Virus record (IMG/VR): IMGVR_UViG_3300037245_001419
Span: 124,001 to 188,000 of that record
Reading direction: 5' to 3' (one strand)
Length of the DNA stretch: 64,000 nt
Shown one piece after another: positions 30,019-39,477 of the stretch. Every line of letters starts with the position of its first letter. Position 1 is the stretch's first letter. The notes beneath the pieces were generated by a model that had not been told where the DNA came from, did not search any database, and was given only the letters and a program-made list of their open reading frames with translations. A program made the translations under genes and the position numbers.

Positions 30019-30050
30019 GGGAGAGGATGCGAGTGACACCCTCTCCCTTA
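30016..30050. terminator. GC-rich hairpin between convergent blocks
   Basis: TAAGGGAGAGG...CCTCTCCCTTA. Confidence 0.7.
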
Positions 30051-30070
30051 CACTGACCGAGGGTAAGAGG

Positions 30071-30418
30071 TCAGTGTTGAGGCTCTTCTTTACAATGTTT
30101 AACACGCCCACGCAAGTCTGTCATGACGATAAAATTTTCTCTTCCATAAGACTTGTATAGGTAATAATTAACTTTATTTTTACAAACTATAATGGTATTT
30201 TGTTGTTTCTCAACATGAACATGCATTAACCCATGATGAGTATGTTCACCATTTACATTATCGACTGTCCTATTTTTGACACTTAAAGGAGATTCTACTG
30301 AATATAAAATAAGACCCCACAAAATTAAACCTATAAATGCAAAAATAATAGAATATTTTTTAAGTTTGTCACTCTCTTCTTTATTAACATCAAACATATA
30401 TTTTAAATACCCTATCAT
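30071..30418 (-). CDS. Membrane-anchored hypothetical protein
   Basis: TM segment YSIIFAFIGLILWGLILY. Confidence 0.6.
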   Translation of the reverse strand: MIGYLKYMFDVNKEESDKLKKYSIIFAFIGLILWGLILYSVESPLSVKNRTVDNVNGEHTHHGLMHVHVEKQQNTIIVCKNKVNYYLYKSYGRENFIVMTDLRGRVKHCKEEPQH

Positions 30419-30430
30419 CAGTCACACCAA

Positions 30431-30652
30431 TTACTTGCCACGTCTTTTACGTCTTTCTCTTTTCTCTCGATTCTTTCTTTTGCCAGTAAATATCTTACCT
30501 AGCTCTGATCGGTTGTCATGCTTGCTGACTTGCATTAACTCTTCCTGTTTTGCTGTCATCTGCTCTCTATGCACTCGTTCATAACGCTCAGGGTCTAACC
30601 CTTTCATTTCTTCTTTGCTGAATTGCTCAATCATTCCTGTTCTTGTATCCAT
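30431..30652 (-). CDS. Basic hypothetical protein
   Basis: Arg/Lys-rich C-terminus; AGGAG SD. Confidence 0.6.
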   Translation of the reverse strand: MDTRTGMIEQFSKEEMKGLDPERYERVHREQMTAKQEELMQVSKHDNRSELGKIFTGKRKNREKRERRKRRGK

Positions 30653-30663
30653 ACTTTACTCCT

Positions 30664-31032
30664 TTAACACCAACACGATTCTAAACTTATTTTACTTAAT
30701 GTTTCTTTATCTGTAACTACTTCTACTTCGATATTAAGTAACTTTCGTATATCGAACCCTTCTTTTCTTCTAAATGCCCTTGCCCAATAACCAACTTCGG
30801 AAGCTCGTATGAGAAGCTTGTTGTTATCAGCTATTTCTATTTCATTAACAGAAAAATAATGCACTTCTTTTTCATAGCACATTTTTAATTTGTCATTTTG
30901 CTTTAAAGTATCTTCTGAATGAAATTCTATTACACATCCATCTAAACCAATCATTCGTCCAGACCGTCTGTCACGCTCAGCAACTTTTATAGAAGCATTA
31001 ATTATTTTCATGACTCCTCTTCCCCTATCCAC
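30664..31032 (-). CDS. Hypothetical protein
   Basis: ORF in the operon. Confidence 0.55.
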   Translation of the reverse strand: MDRGRGVMKIINASIKVAERDRRSGRMIGLDGCVIEFHSEDTLKQNDKLKMCYEKEVHYFSVNEIEIADNNKLLIRASEVGYWARAFRRKEGFDIRKLLNIEVEVVTDKETLSKISLESCWC

Positions 31033-31553
31033 TTCCTGTCTTGCAACAATTTAATAATCTCTTCTGCACTAGGTGACTTAGGCATCGGCTTCCACAAAAT
31101 GATCGGGTCGCATCGCTCTATACGATTTTCAGTGAGTTTTCCATCTTTTTCGAAACCATACGCACTAGTCATTTTAAACCCGTCTTTTTTACGAAAAAAC
31201 TCTTGATGTACGCTGGGCCTGTTTAACATAGTACCAGTCCAACAAGGATCATAATCAATAGCCAAAACATATGTACCAAATCTACCTTCTTGAATTTCTG
31301 GTAGTTGATCATCAACGAATATCCACTCGTCTTTTACCTTGTCCGCTATTGCTTCAGCTATGATTTCATCAGACCGTTTCTTTCTAGCTTCCCATGCTGA
31401 ACCACCACAATCCTTACAAACCATTTTGTCGTGAAATTTAATTGGAATTATGAAAGCACTGGAAGAAATACAATGTGGATTGCCGCACTTGTAATAAACT
31501 TCTTCGGCTGCCAGTTCTTCTTTTACGATGGCTAGTATTTCTTCTTTATTCAT
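31008..31553 (-). CDS. Zinc-finger + DUF551-like protein
   Basis: Start MNKEE; CGNPHC...CKDC; WIFVDDQLPE...WKPMPKSP. Confidence 0.65.
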   Translation of the reverse strand: MNKEEILAIVKEELAAEEVYYKCGNPHCISSSAFIIPIKFHDKMVCKDCGGSAWEARKKRSDEIIAEAIADKVKDEWIFVDDQLPEIQEGRFGTYVLAIDYDPCWTGTMLNRPSVHQEFFRKKDGFKMTSAYGFEKDGKLTENRIERCDPIILWKPMPKSPSAEEIIKLLQDRKWIGEEES

Positions 31554-31839
31554 AAGCAATAGGATATTGAGATTTAGGCTTGCACTGTATGATCTTGCTG
31601 TCTGTACCAAACTTTGCAGATAAAGAAAATATGTGGACACCAGCACTATAAACATATGTAACACCGTCTATACAAGCTGTTTTGCTATAGTGCTCTATTT
31701 GATTAATAAGTCTTTCCTCAGCTCTTTCACGTTCTTTTTTTGAATCGAAACCTTCGCACGCAACAGCGCAGAATAATGCAACTATCAATATCACGATTAA
31801 TGATAGTTGCAGATTAGGATGATCATTAATACACATCAA
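31546..31839 (-). CDS. Membrane-anchored hypothetical protein
   Basis: N-terminal TM; C-terminus (CIDGVTYVY...KIIQC) resembles that of 30071-30418. Confidence 0.55.
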   Translation of the reverse strand: MMCINDHPNLQLSLIVILIVALFCAVACEGFDSKKERERAEERLINQIEHYSKTACIDGVTYVYSAGVHIFSLSAKFGTDSKIIQCKPKSQYPIAYE

Positions 31840-32105
31840 TTAAACTCATCAGGAACAGTAACTAACAGAGCATTCCCTATTATACAATCCATGTTAAAAT
31901 ATTTCCTAACATATTCAGTAGCCCTCAGATTGATTTGTTGGTCTTGTTTTAATCTACTCTCTTCATCAACCAGAAGAACTGTGTCTTCGTCAATAGTGAT
32001 CGCTTCCACCATCTCACAACCTATCAAATCGTAGTATGATTTCAGATGATCTTCACCAATTTCAACTGAAGTAACTTCACCATTTGTATTGTACAAAGTC
32101 GCCAT
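31836..32105 (-). CDS. DUF3846-like protein
   Basis: YYDLIGCEMVE...LVDEE...N.RAT...IIGNALLV. Confidence 0.7.
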   Translation of the reverse strand: MATLYNTNGEVTSVEIGEDHLKSYYDLIGCEMVEAITIDEDTVLLVDEESRLKQDQQINLRATEYVRKYFNMDCIIGNALLVTVPDEFN

Positions 32106-32202
32106 GTTATTTCCTTTTTATTTGCGTTCCCACATTAAATATAACTAAAAAATATTAATTGTGTTATACTTTTTTAATAACAGATAAAAACGGAGTAAGA
32201 TT

Positions 32203-32547
32203 TTGATAACTAAAGTACATAAAACCGTATTAAGAGTGGCAGATATAACTGACACGGACGTTGATGAGCGCTTATATAATTATGTCAGATATAAATCTGA
32301 CGATATGGAGTTCACTACACATGCAGTATTTGACGGTATTGTAGAGGAAATATTAACTAACAAGAGCTTTGCAATCTTGTATTCAAGGGATAGAGACAAA
32401 AACATTCGTGACTTGGTGAATTACTCAATGAGAAACAAATGCGAGTTTGAATTGGTAAAGGAAGAAGCCGTGTCTTGCCATGTAGACATGTATGACTGGG
32501 AATCTTTATATGTGTCAACATTTTCAGAGACTGCTTTAGCTGTCTAA
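32203..32547 (+). CDS. Paralogue family X member
   Basis: EEILTNKSFAILYSRDRDKNIRDLVNYSMRN; GGAG SD. Confidence 0.6.
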   Translation: MITKVHKTVLRVADITDTDVDERLYNYVRYKSDDMEFTTHAVFDGIVEEILTNKSFAILYSRDRDKNIRDLVNYSMRNKCEFELVKEEAVSCHVDMYDWESLYVSTFSETALAV

Positions 32548-32619
32548 GATGCTGTGTATTGCTGTTTTAAGGTGTCTCTAAGGCACTTTCTCTCAGCCTT
32601 GGTGTTTAGCTATAGATAC

Positions 32620-32671
32620 AAAAAAACCCCTGCCATTTATCAATAGTTAAGTCAACAGGGCAGGGGTTTTT
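32620..32671. terminator. Bidirectional terminator
   Basis: AAAAAACCCCTGCC...GGCAGGGGTTTTT. Confidence 0.75.
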
Positions 32672-32688
32672 CAATAGGGTTGTTGCTA

Positions 32689-33261
32689 TTAAGCAACAGC
32701 CTTTTGAGCCCGACTTTTCTTTAAAGACCTGTTTTCTTTTTCAAGCTTTGCAATATTAGCCTTCATTGTGTCATGTTCATCAGCACGACTAATATCTTCC
32801 ATAACAGCGACAATGCTACTAGGGGTTTCTTCAATCTCTTTAGCAAGCTTATCAGATTCAATCTTTTTACGCATTACTGAATTAATTAACTCTTTATGCT
32901 CTTTGGTGAAGCTATCAGAACCTTTTGTAAGCTCGTATAACGCCATGAATTTGCTAAGATCGAAACGTCCTTCACCTTTAGGCATGCTGTATACAGGCTT
33001 GCTGTAATCCGAACCTATAGCAAACTGAGCCTTGATCTCTTGTGCGCTATAGCCTTGATCAGCCATGAGAACAACTGCATCTCTTCTCGTTTTAGCTTCT
33101 TCGATTGTTTCCATTGTACCAAAATAATCTTGAGTTTTGCCAACTTTTTTAATTATACGAAACTTACCATTCCAGTCTACAATATATTTCATCGTAGGGT
33201 CTTTTTTTGCTTTTTTTTCTTGGGAGGCGATTGCGTTTTCTGATTTGTTAGATGCGCTCAT
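32689..33261 (-). CDS. AP2-like DNA-binding domain protein with coiled-coil tail
   Basis: KYIVDWNGKFRIIKKVGKTQDYFGTMETIEEAKTRRD. Confidence 0.7.
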   Translation of the reverse strand: MSASNKSENAIASQEKKAKKDPTMKYIVDWNGKFRIIKKVGKTQDYFGTMETIEEAKTRRDAVVLMADQGYSAQEIKAQFAIGSDYSKPVYSMPKGEGRFDLSKFMALYELTKGSDSFTKEHKELINSVMRKKIESDKLAKEIEETPSSIVAVMEDISRADEHDTMKANIAKLEKENRSLKKSRAQKAVA

Positions 33262-33495
33262 GTTTACCTTTCCTTTTGAGTAAATTATCTTTCTTTACTA
33301 AAGATAGAATATAATTACTAAGAAGTCAAATATTATTTACAGAAATAATATTTTTTATGCATTTTTATTATTAAGATGAAATAGTACATATTATTTTTCG
33401 CTGTCTTTCAGCTTTTTAAGCTCTAAATACCAATGTAATACAGTTTCTTTGATTTTCTTTGGAGTTTTTTTAATAGACATATTATACCTTAAACG

Positions 33496-33524
33496 AAAAA
33501 AGGAGTGCCGAAGCACTCCCTTTT
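33496..33524 (-). terminator. Intrinsic terminator
   Basis: AAAAAGGAGTGC-CGAA-GCACTCCCTTTT. Confidence 0.75.
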
Positions 33525-33525
33525 A

Positions 33526-34242
33526 TTACACAGCTAATTTTTTTTCAGCTCGTGTTAGTCGATTTTGAAGTGACTTCTTATCCTTCGCCAGAACCTTTGC
33601 TTCATTCTTATAGAATAGTAGTTCAGCATGAGGTAAATGTTCTTCCAGACGACTGTTAAGACGGTCTATAGTACCATTGATGGTGTCGAGGTCATCAAAG
33701 ATTTCATCAAAACGCTTAGTATCCTGTTCTGACATATCCAGAGACTTAAGGGTCGCATACATGTTTGAGAATTGTTTGAGACTTTCAGCATTGAGACTTG
33801 TAAAAGATACCAGTTGAGTTTCTGTATTTGCAGTAACATCAATATTCTCAGACTCTAACACACCAGAGTCGGCACTGGTAGATTGTGTTTCAGTCGCTAG
33901 GATTTCTTCGGGTGGTATAAAATCTGAATAATCAGAAGTTTCATCTGCAGAGCTTGCAGACCCTTCAGCTTCAGCAACTTTCTCACTTAACGATTCTAAG
34001 AAAAGCTTTGCCACTTTTAACTTAGAGAAGTCCATTGATCTAATCTGTGTTTTGATCACATCAACATCATTCCCTGCATCAAGCATAGCAACAGTAACAT
34101 CACGCATACGTTGAACCTGTTTCAATGCGTTGTCTTTCTTATGATTCACACTTCCGAAGTAAATCTGCTTACCTTCAATAGTCCTTATAATTTGATAGCA
34201 TGTAAGCATCTTTGTAATGTATTTCATATTCTTTTTACTCAT
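33526..34242 (-). CDS. AP2-like DNA-binding domain protein (paralogue of 32689)
   Basis: KYITKMLTCYQIIRTIEGKQIYFGSV...KQVQRMRD; acidic linker; coiled-coil end. Confidence 0.6.
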   Translation of the reverse strand: MSKKNMKYITKMLTCYQIIRTIEGKQIYFGSVNHKKDNALKQVQRMRDVTVAMLDAGNDVDVIKTQIRSMDFSKLKVAKLFLESLSEKVAEAEGSASSADETSDYSDFIPPEEILATETQSTSADSGVLESENIDVTANTETQLVSFTSLNAESLKQFSNMYATLKSLDMSEQDTKRFDEIFDDLDTINGTIDRLNSRLEEHLPHAELLFYKNEAKVLAKDKKSLQNRLTRAEKKLAV

Positions 34243-34261
34243 ATGGCATTCCTTTTATTTG

Positions 34262-34660
34262 TTATTGTGTTTTTGTATTGTAGTTAAGTAATTCTCCGTT
34301 ACCTTCTTGTCTAAACAGAAGGTATTCCGCTTGATCAACAACAGTTTTTCTGTTTTTAGTTGATAGCTGTGCGTATAGATTGTTAATTTTTGATTTCTCT
34401 GAAGTCTTAGTGATGTACCCAATAAGTTCATTCACATCGACATTATAAACATTTGCCAAGTCTACTAAAATCATAATAGAAGGTTTCTGCTTATCGTTCT
34501 CATATGCTGACAATGTTGGAGGTTGGACGTGTATAGCATCAGCAACCTCTTCTTGTGTTAAACCTCGATTGATACGAATCTTTTTAAGGATAGTACCAAA
34601 ATCATATTCAACACCGTACTCAACCTTGTTTCTTTTTATCTTAGTTTTAGCTTTAGCCAT
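34262..34660 (-). CDS. XRE-family HTH transcriptional regulator (cI/SinR-like)
   Basis: FGTILKKIRINRGLTQEEVADAIHVQPPTLSAYENDKQKPS...LANVYNV. Confidence 0.92.
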   Translation of the reverse strand: MAKAKTKIKRNKVEYGVEYDFGTILKKIRINRGLTQEEVADAIHVQPPTLSAYENDKQKPSIMILVDLANVYNVDVNELIGYITKTSEKSKINNLYAQLSTKNRKTVVDQAEYLLFRQEGNGELLNYNTKTQ

Positions 34661-34896
34661 TTTCAAATTCCTTGTTGAATTGTTCTCTCGTATAAATGTG
34701 CTCCAACTCCATCTTATTACATTTAATAATAACTTTCTTACTATCAAATATAACTATAAAACTAATATCTGTCAAGTTATTTTCTAAGTTATATAGTTTC
34801 TTAGCTAATATTTCTGCGCTAATGACCGATCTATATTGCTTTATATACCTCACACCTAACAGGTTAATAACGTGTGTTACCTCCTGTATAGATACT

Positions 34897-35265
34897 TTAG
34901 TTAGCCAAATTAAGAGTGTCTTCCATTTCGTTAATCTTATCATTTGTATAGTCTCCGAGTGCCTTAATAGTTTGGCTGACTACATCCTGTACATCTTTAA
35001 CATCCATAACATTTTCATGGTGAAACTCTATTGCAATCAAAGCATACATAATACTCTGCAATGAGTTATTAGTAGTTTCAATATTGAGATTAATATATTC
35101 TGTATTCCAACCGTCTTTACCAAAGATGCATGATAGTTCAAAGTCATGTTTCTTCGATAGTTCTTCTGCTTTAGCTAAAAGCTTGTGACACTTTTCCAAT
35201 GCAGACTTTTTAGCAAAGCTTTTTTCTGCATTAATTTTCGCATATATCCGTTTACTTTTTCTCAT
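34897..35265 (-). CDS. Hypothetical protein
   Basis: Start MRKSK after a CAGGA SD. Confidence 0.55.
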   Translation of the reverse strand: MRKSKRIYAKINAEKSFAKKSALEKCHKLLAKAEELSKKHDFELSCIFGKDGWNTEYINLNIETTNNSLQSIMYALIAIEFHHENVMDVKDVQDVVSQTIKALGDYTNDKINEMEDTLNLAN

Positions 35266-35388
35266 CGTGTTTTCCTGCTCTAGCCGTTTTGTAACAAATA
35301 GTGGAGCAAGTATCGTGTATAAACGGCTTGCTCCCATACTTGTTAATTGATTCACTTACATTGAAGTCTGCCTTACATACTTTGCAAA

Positions 35389-36246
35389 TCAATCATCATC
35401 CTCTTCATCTTCTTTGTATTTGTACTCACCATCTACCAATTCATAGTAATCTTTATTACTGGGAATAACTTCAAACGCAAGCTCGTAAGCCTCAATAGAA
35501 CAATTTTCTGGAATAACTTCAGTTGATAATTTACCTTCATCATACGTTAAGCGACCACAATTGCAACCAGTGTCCTCATCTGCATATACATATTCAATTA
35601 ATACAGTTGGAAATTTTTCAGCCATTTTACCAATCATGTCTGGCACACTGCTCCATGCAGTTTGAATTTCAAAAATAATTTCGGTTGCAGAATCATGTTT
35701 TTTACATGAGTATGAATTCCACTTAGTACCCCAATTTTTAATAGCCCAATCATACCATGTTGTATGACCATATTTTGCCTTATTGTCAATGTATTGTTGA
35801 CCAACCTTTAAAGCTTTTTGTTGGTCTTCTTCAGACAATCCCGCAAACCGCTTACGCAATTCTTCATCACCTAAAAATGTACTCCCACCAGTACCATTTA
35901 TGATATACTGCCCAAGTTCACCCTGTGATCCAGAAGAGATATTAAGCTCTTCTGGCATAGGAATAATTTTATTGAAATCTGGAAAACGTGTCCATGCTTC
36001 AGTCATAAGAGGCTCATAATCTTCGGGAACACCTATAGCTGTATCACCACCCTTAATTTGAAACTCCTTAGTCTTTTCGTCAAGCCACCCATAACCATGA
36101 TCCGTACCAATCTTTTTGTATATAAGACGTTCGTCATAACCTCTATCGTGTTCAGACTTATAGTGAGTACTGTATTGAGCGACCAGTTTATCAATTTCGA
36201 TCTGTTCACCAGATAGTTTAAGTATGTTTGTTATGTGATTTGGCAT
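35389..36246 (-). CDS. DUF1281/YubB ferredoxin-like domain protein
   Basis: MPNH..N...DFNKIIPMPEEL...WYDWAIKNWGTKWN...TAWS. Confidence 0.85.
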   Translation of the reverse strand: MPNHITNILKLSGEQIEIDKLVAQYSTHYKSEHDRGYDERLIYKKIGTDHGYGWLDEKTKEFQIKGGDTAIGVPEDYEPLMTEAWTRFPDFNKIIPMPEELNISSGSQGELGQYIINGTGGSTFLGDEELRKRFAGLSEEDQQKALKVGQQYIDNKAKYGHTTWYDWAIKNWGTKWNSYSCKKHDSATEIIFEIQTAWSSVPDMIGKMAEKFPTVLIEYVYADEDTGCNCGRLTYDEGKLSTEVIPENCSIEAYELAFEVIPSNKDYYELVDGEYKYKEDEEDDD

Positions 36247-36298
36247 TTTTACTCCTTTAATTATCTATTATTAAAGTTAACTAATTAACTAAAGTATG

Positions 36299-36679
36299 TC
36301 AATAGAATTTACGTATCCCTAAAACTTTTTGTATTTCTTCTAATTTGTCATCACACCCATCAGTATAGGCTTCATTTTTTACGTTGCTCATTATAACTTT
36401 GATGCGAGGTAATAATTTCGATGGAGTTATTTTTCTCAATATAAGACGATCCAACCACTCTTGTATGGCATTAACCTTAACATTCTTATTTAACAGGCCA
36501 GTAAGGTGTTCACCTTCTTTAGTATCCTTATAGATGGTGATACCTAAATCAAGAATACAATCATCGCACCAGTAACTTTGTGAGTTTTGTGAAATAGTTG
36601 TTATCTCATGACTAACACCACCTGCCGAATTCATCTTTCTACCGTTAGGTTCACCAATTATAATATCATCCCATGACAT
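36299..36679 (-). CDS. Hypothetical protein
   Basis: ORF with GGA SD. Confidence 0.6.
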   Translation of the reverse strand: MSWDDIIIGEPNGRKMNSAGGVSHEITTISQNSQSYWCDDCILDLGITIYKDTKEGEHLTGLLNKNVKVNAIQEWLDRLILRKITPSKLLPRIKVIMSNVKNEAYTDGCDDKLEEIQKVLGIRKFY

Positions 36680-36684
36680 AATCC

Positions 36685-37764
36685 CTACTTTACTAAATAT
36701 TGTTTCTGGTTAATCTCTTCTAGCATGCCCTTACCCTTTGTGTATGGCTCGATCCACTTCATACGTCGATCAGTCATTTTAATACCACAAGCTTGACTAC
36801 GCCAATGACCTCTTACAAGCCATTTGGGACACGACACAACGTTCTTTAAGTTTGTCAGGCAACTATACTCATCATCAGTCAAACGTCTGTTAGAACCTAT
36901 TACAATGCGACCTATCTTAGACAAATCTTTGTTCTTTTCAGCTACTTTAGTTGCTTCTTTTAACCGATTAGCTTTAGTCTTTTTCTTCTTAGTAACATAT
37001 CGCTTAGCAGGGGTATGATTAAACGATTCCATTGAGCAGATATATAACAGAGAATTGATAATGAAACTATAATGCCTTCTGTATATTGTTTCGTCATCAT
37101 TAAAGTCAATGTCGGTCATTTTTTTATCTTTAGATGTTTTACGGGCTAATAATACATCGTCAAGACTTAGTTGGATCATATCTTCAACTGAAGTACAGTT
37201 AAGTCTTAATGACATTCCAGACTGTTCCAACATACGTTGATCGCCCTTTCGCCCTTCTCCGAACGATTGGGCAAGGATAGAGTTTTCAGCTTCATTGTAT
37301 GTCAATACAATGTCTTTAAAAACCATAACTAAATCACCACTAGCTTGAACCTCTAGTGAAGGGATAGACAACACCATGTTATCAAAAGGCATTTTAATTA
37401 ATTCTGGATTGATATTTTTTATCTCTGTATTAACAAGCTTAAAGAATAAGTCTTCAGTTATATTAAACACTTTTGCTTTACGCATACCCAGATATATTGA
37501 TGCAAAAGTAGATTCAAACAATGGATTGTTATGAAAAAACATATCCCCATATACTTTGATCATTGCAAAACTACAAAACAGCAAACGACTAATGTCAGTA
37601 GGGTATGATTCATTGACAAATTTGTTGCCAAACGCATCGGCCCTTTCATCTGATATTGCAGGAAGAGCTTCATCCATTTGAGCTATAATATCTATACCTT
37701 TATCCTTAAAGTATTCGCATATCTCTTCAATGTGTAAAGGTTCAAATTTCTTAGCTTCCATCAA
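36685..37764 (-). CDS. Conserved phage protein with C-terminal VRGHWR motif
   Basis: KWLVRGHWRSQACG...KWIEPYTKG. Confidence 0.7.
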   Translation of the reverse strand: MMEAKKFEPLHIEEICEYFKDKGIDIIAQMDEALPAISDERADAFGNKFVNESYPTDISRLLFCSFAMIKVYGDMFFHNNPLFESTFASIYLGMRKAKVFNITEDLFFKLVNTEIKNINPELIKMPFDNMVLSIPSLEVQASGDLVMVFKDIVLTYNEAENSILAQSFGEGRKGDQRMLEQSGMSLRLNCTSVEDMIQLSLDDVLLARKTSKDKKMTDIDFNDDETIYRRHYSFIINSLLYICSMESFNHTPAKRYVTKKKKTKANRLKEATKVAEKNKDLSKIGRIVIGSNRRLTDDEYSCLTNLKNVVSCPKWLVRGHWRSQACGIKMTDRRMKWIEPYTKGKGMLEEINQKQYLVK

Positions 37765-37765
37765 T

Positions 37766-38326
37766 TTATCCTACAATAAACTTTGTTTCGGTTTCAATTT
37801 TGACTTGTGCTTCGATAGCCTTAAGAAGAACTTTTGCATCAAAGTTTTTCTTTGGCTCGATAAATGAAGTACCCTCATTCCACGTCTCAACACAAATCTT
37901 ATTGCTGGTAACAATGATCTTACCAGCGTCGCCAGTTTCTTCACCAGAGTAGAGAATCGTACCATCTAACTGCCTATCTAAAGGCATGAAAACTTTTGTT
38001 ATGAGGTATTCTATCCACTCAGTATAAGCATAGAACTTTTCACTACCACCCCACTCTAAAGTTGTACCATCTTCAGAAATTTCCCACCTTAACCAAAGAC
38101 TAGGTTGTGTTCTAGGGGGTTGATTATAATCAGCTATATTGAGTTCATTGTCTTGACCTGCAAAACCCTTACCAATATAGAACTCGCCCTGTACTCCATA
38201 AATTGATTCGTCAACATTTCTAGCCATTCTACGAGTATCCGCAAGCTTGTTAAGAAACACTACTTGTTGTGGTTCCAGTGCAGGTGTTATAGTCATTTTG
38301 CCTTCAAAATCAGTAGTATATCCCAT
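37766..38326 (-). CDS. Conserved phage hypothetical (MGYTTDF family)
   Basis: MGYTTDFEG...QP...WL.W...W.G.EKFY.Y.EW..YLI. Confidence 0.7.
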   Translation of the reverse strand: MGYTTDFEGKMTITPALEPQQVVFLNKLADTRRMARNVDESIYGVQGEFYIGKGFAGQDNELNIADYNQPPRTQPSLWLRWEISEDGTTLEWGGSEKFYAYTEWIEYLITKVFMPLDRQLDGTILYSGEETGDAGKIIVTSNKICVETWNEGTSFIEPKKNFDAKVLLKAIEAQVKIETETKFIVG

Positions 38327-38415
38327 GCGTTCTCCTTAAGTTTTAATAAAAGATAGTTATTTAGTTAATTTTTGTCTATACTTTAGTTAATATTATTCAT
38401 AAAATATAACTAAAG

Positions 38416-38679
38416 CTACTTGTGTTCAGCTCGTATCTTTTCAGCTAATAAAGACTGTTTTTCGGGAGAAAAGAACACATCATCATGTGGTATCTGTTCA
38501 GCAGCTTGATCTTGAACTTCATCTAAAAAATGAATTATCCCATTAAGAGTATCATCCTCCGCTTTAGTCAAGTCATTAGATCTACTCAACAACTCAAGTA
38601 TAATAAGCTTTTGACCGCTTAGCATCTCCCAGTCCATGTGCTTTAGTTCTACATTTACTACTTTATTAATGTTTGCCAT
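38416..38679 (-). CDS. Hypothetical protein
   Basis: Own promoter; GGAG SD. Confidence 0.6.
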   Translation of the reverse strand: MANINKVVNVELKHMDWEMLSGQKLIILELLSRSNDLTKAEDDTLNGIIHFLDEVQDQAAEQIPHDDVFFSPEKQSLLAEKIRAEHK

Positions 38680-38763
38680 GTTATTCTCCGTTGCTTATCT
38701 ATTATATAAGATAGCTAATTAACTAAGTCTTGTCAACAAAAAAAGATGGAATTAACCACCTTT

Positions 38764-38982
38764 TTAAAAAACCATCTTTGGTTCTGTCATTGGGAACTGT
38801 TTACTAGTTTTTGTAATTTTGTACAGCTCAAAATGAACTATAAACTCTTTATGACAGTCAGGGTTTAAACACGCCACACACCACTCAACGCCACCATGAG
38901 ACATACTGAACATAGGGGCGCTGACCCCTTGAGTACGCTTGTCATTACCACAGTGCGGACACTTGACTACTTTAGTTTTCAT
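38764..38982 (-). CDS. Zinc-ribbon protein
   Basis: CPHC...CLNPDC. Confidence 0.6.
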   Translation of the reverse strand: MKTKVVKCPHCGNDKRTQGVSAPMFSMSHGGVEWCVACLNPDCHKEFIVHFELYKITKTSKQFPMTEPKMVF

Positions 38983-39232
38983 CGTTAACCTTTACCGTAT
39001 GCCTATCTATTGATACACGCTTGATATTGCGGAAACCTAAAGTATATTCTGCTTCAGCTTGAACGTCTATCTCTTCTTCATAGTTACTTTCGAGATAGTG
39101 CTGTTTTTTCACTGTTGCGTACTCGTAAGCAGTTTTAATCGCTTCCGTCACTTCAGCTACTGTTTCAGTACCTTCAGCCATGTAAAGCCCTAAGGCTTCA
39201 CCGTTTGCATTTACTACTTCAATTAAGTGCAT
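38972..39232 (-). CDS. Hypothetical protein
   Basis: ORF in a three-gene unit. Confidence 0.55.
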   Translation of the reverse strand: MHLIEVVNANGEALGLYMAEGTETVAEVTEAIKTAYEYATVKKQHYLESNYEEEIDVQAEAEYTLGFRNIKRVSIDRHTVKVNDEN

Positions 39233-39414
39233 GATTTTACTTCCTTCTCGACAACGCCATAGTCGTTACTCTCTTGCTCATAATCATAAGAGATTGGACA
39301 TTCTTCATCAACACAAGGGTCACATACAAAATATTCACCATCAGAAAATATACATGCATTGTCATAATTGACTACTAATCCACATTGTGCACATTTAACA
39401 GTTTGTATTTTCAT
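39223..39414 (-). CDS. Zinc-finger-like protein
   Basis: CAQC...CDPC. Confidence 0.6.
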   Translation of the reverse strand: MKIQTVKCAQCGLVVNYDNACIFSDGEYFVCDPCVDEECPISYDYEQESNDYGVVEKEVKSCT

Positions 39415-39477
39415 ATGATCTCCTTGTTATCTATTATTAAAGATAGTTAATTAACTAAGCGTTGTCAATGTAAAAGA

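Noticed and set aside
34653-35355. Track ORFs 34653-34943 and the N-terminal extensions of 34262-34747 and 34897-35355
   Set aside because: They run through the promoter/intergenic region; downstream ATGs with SD signals fit better.
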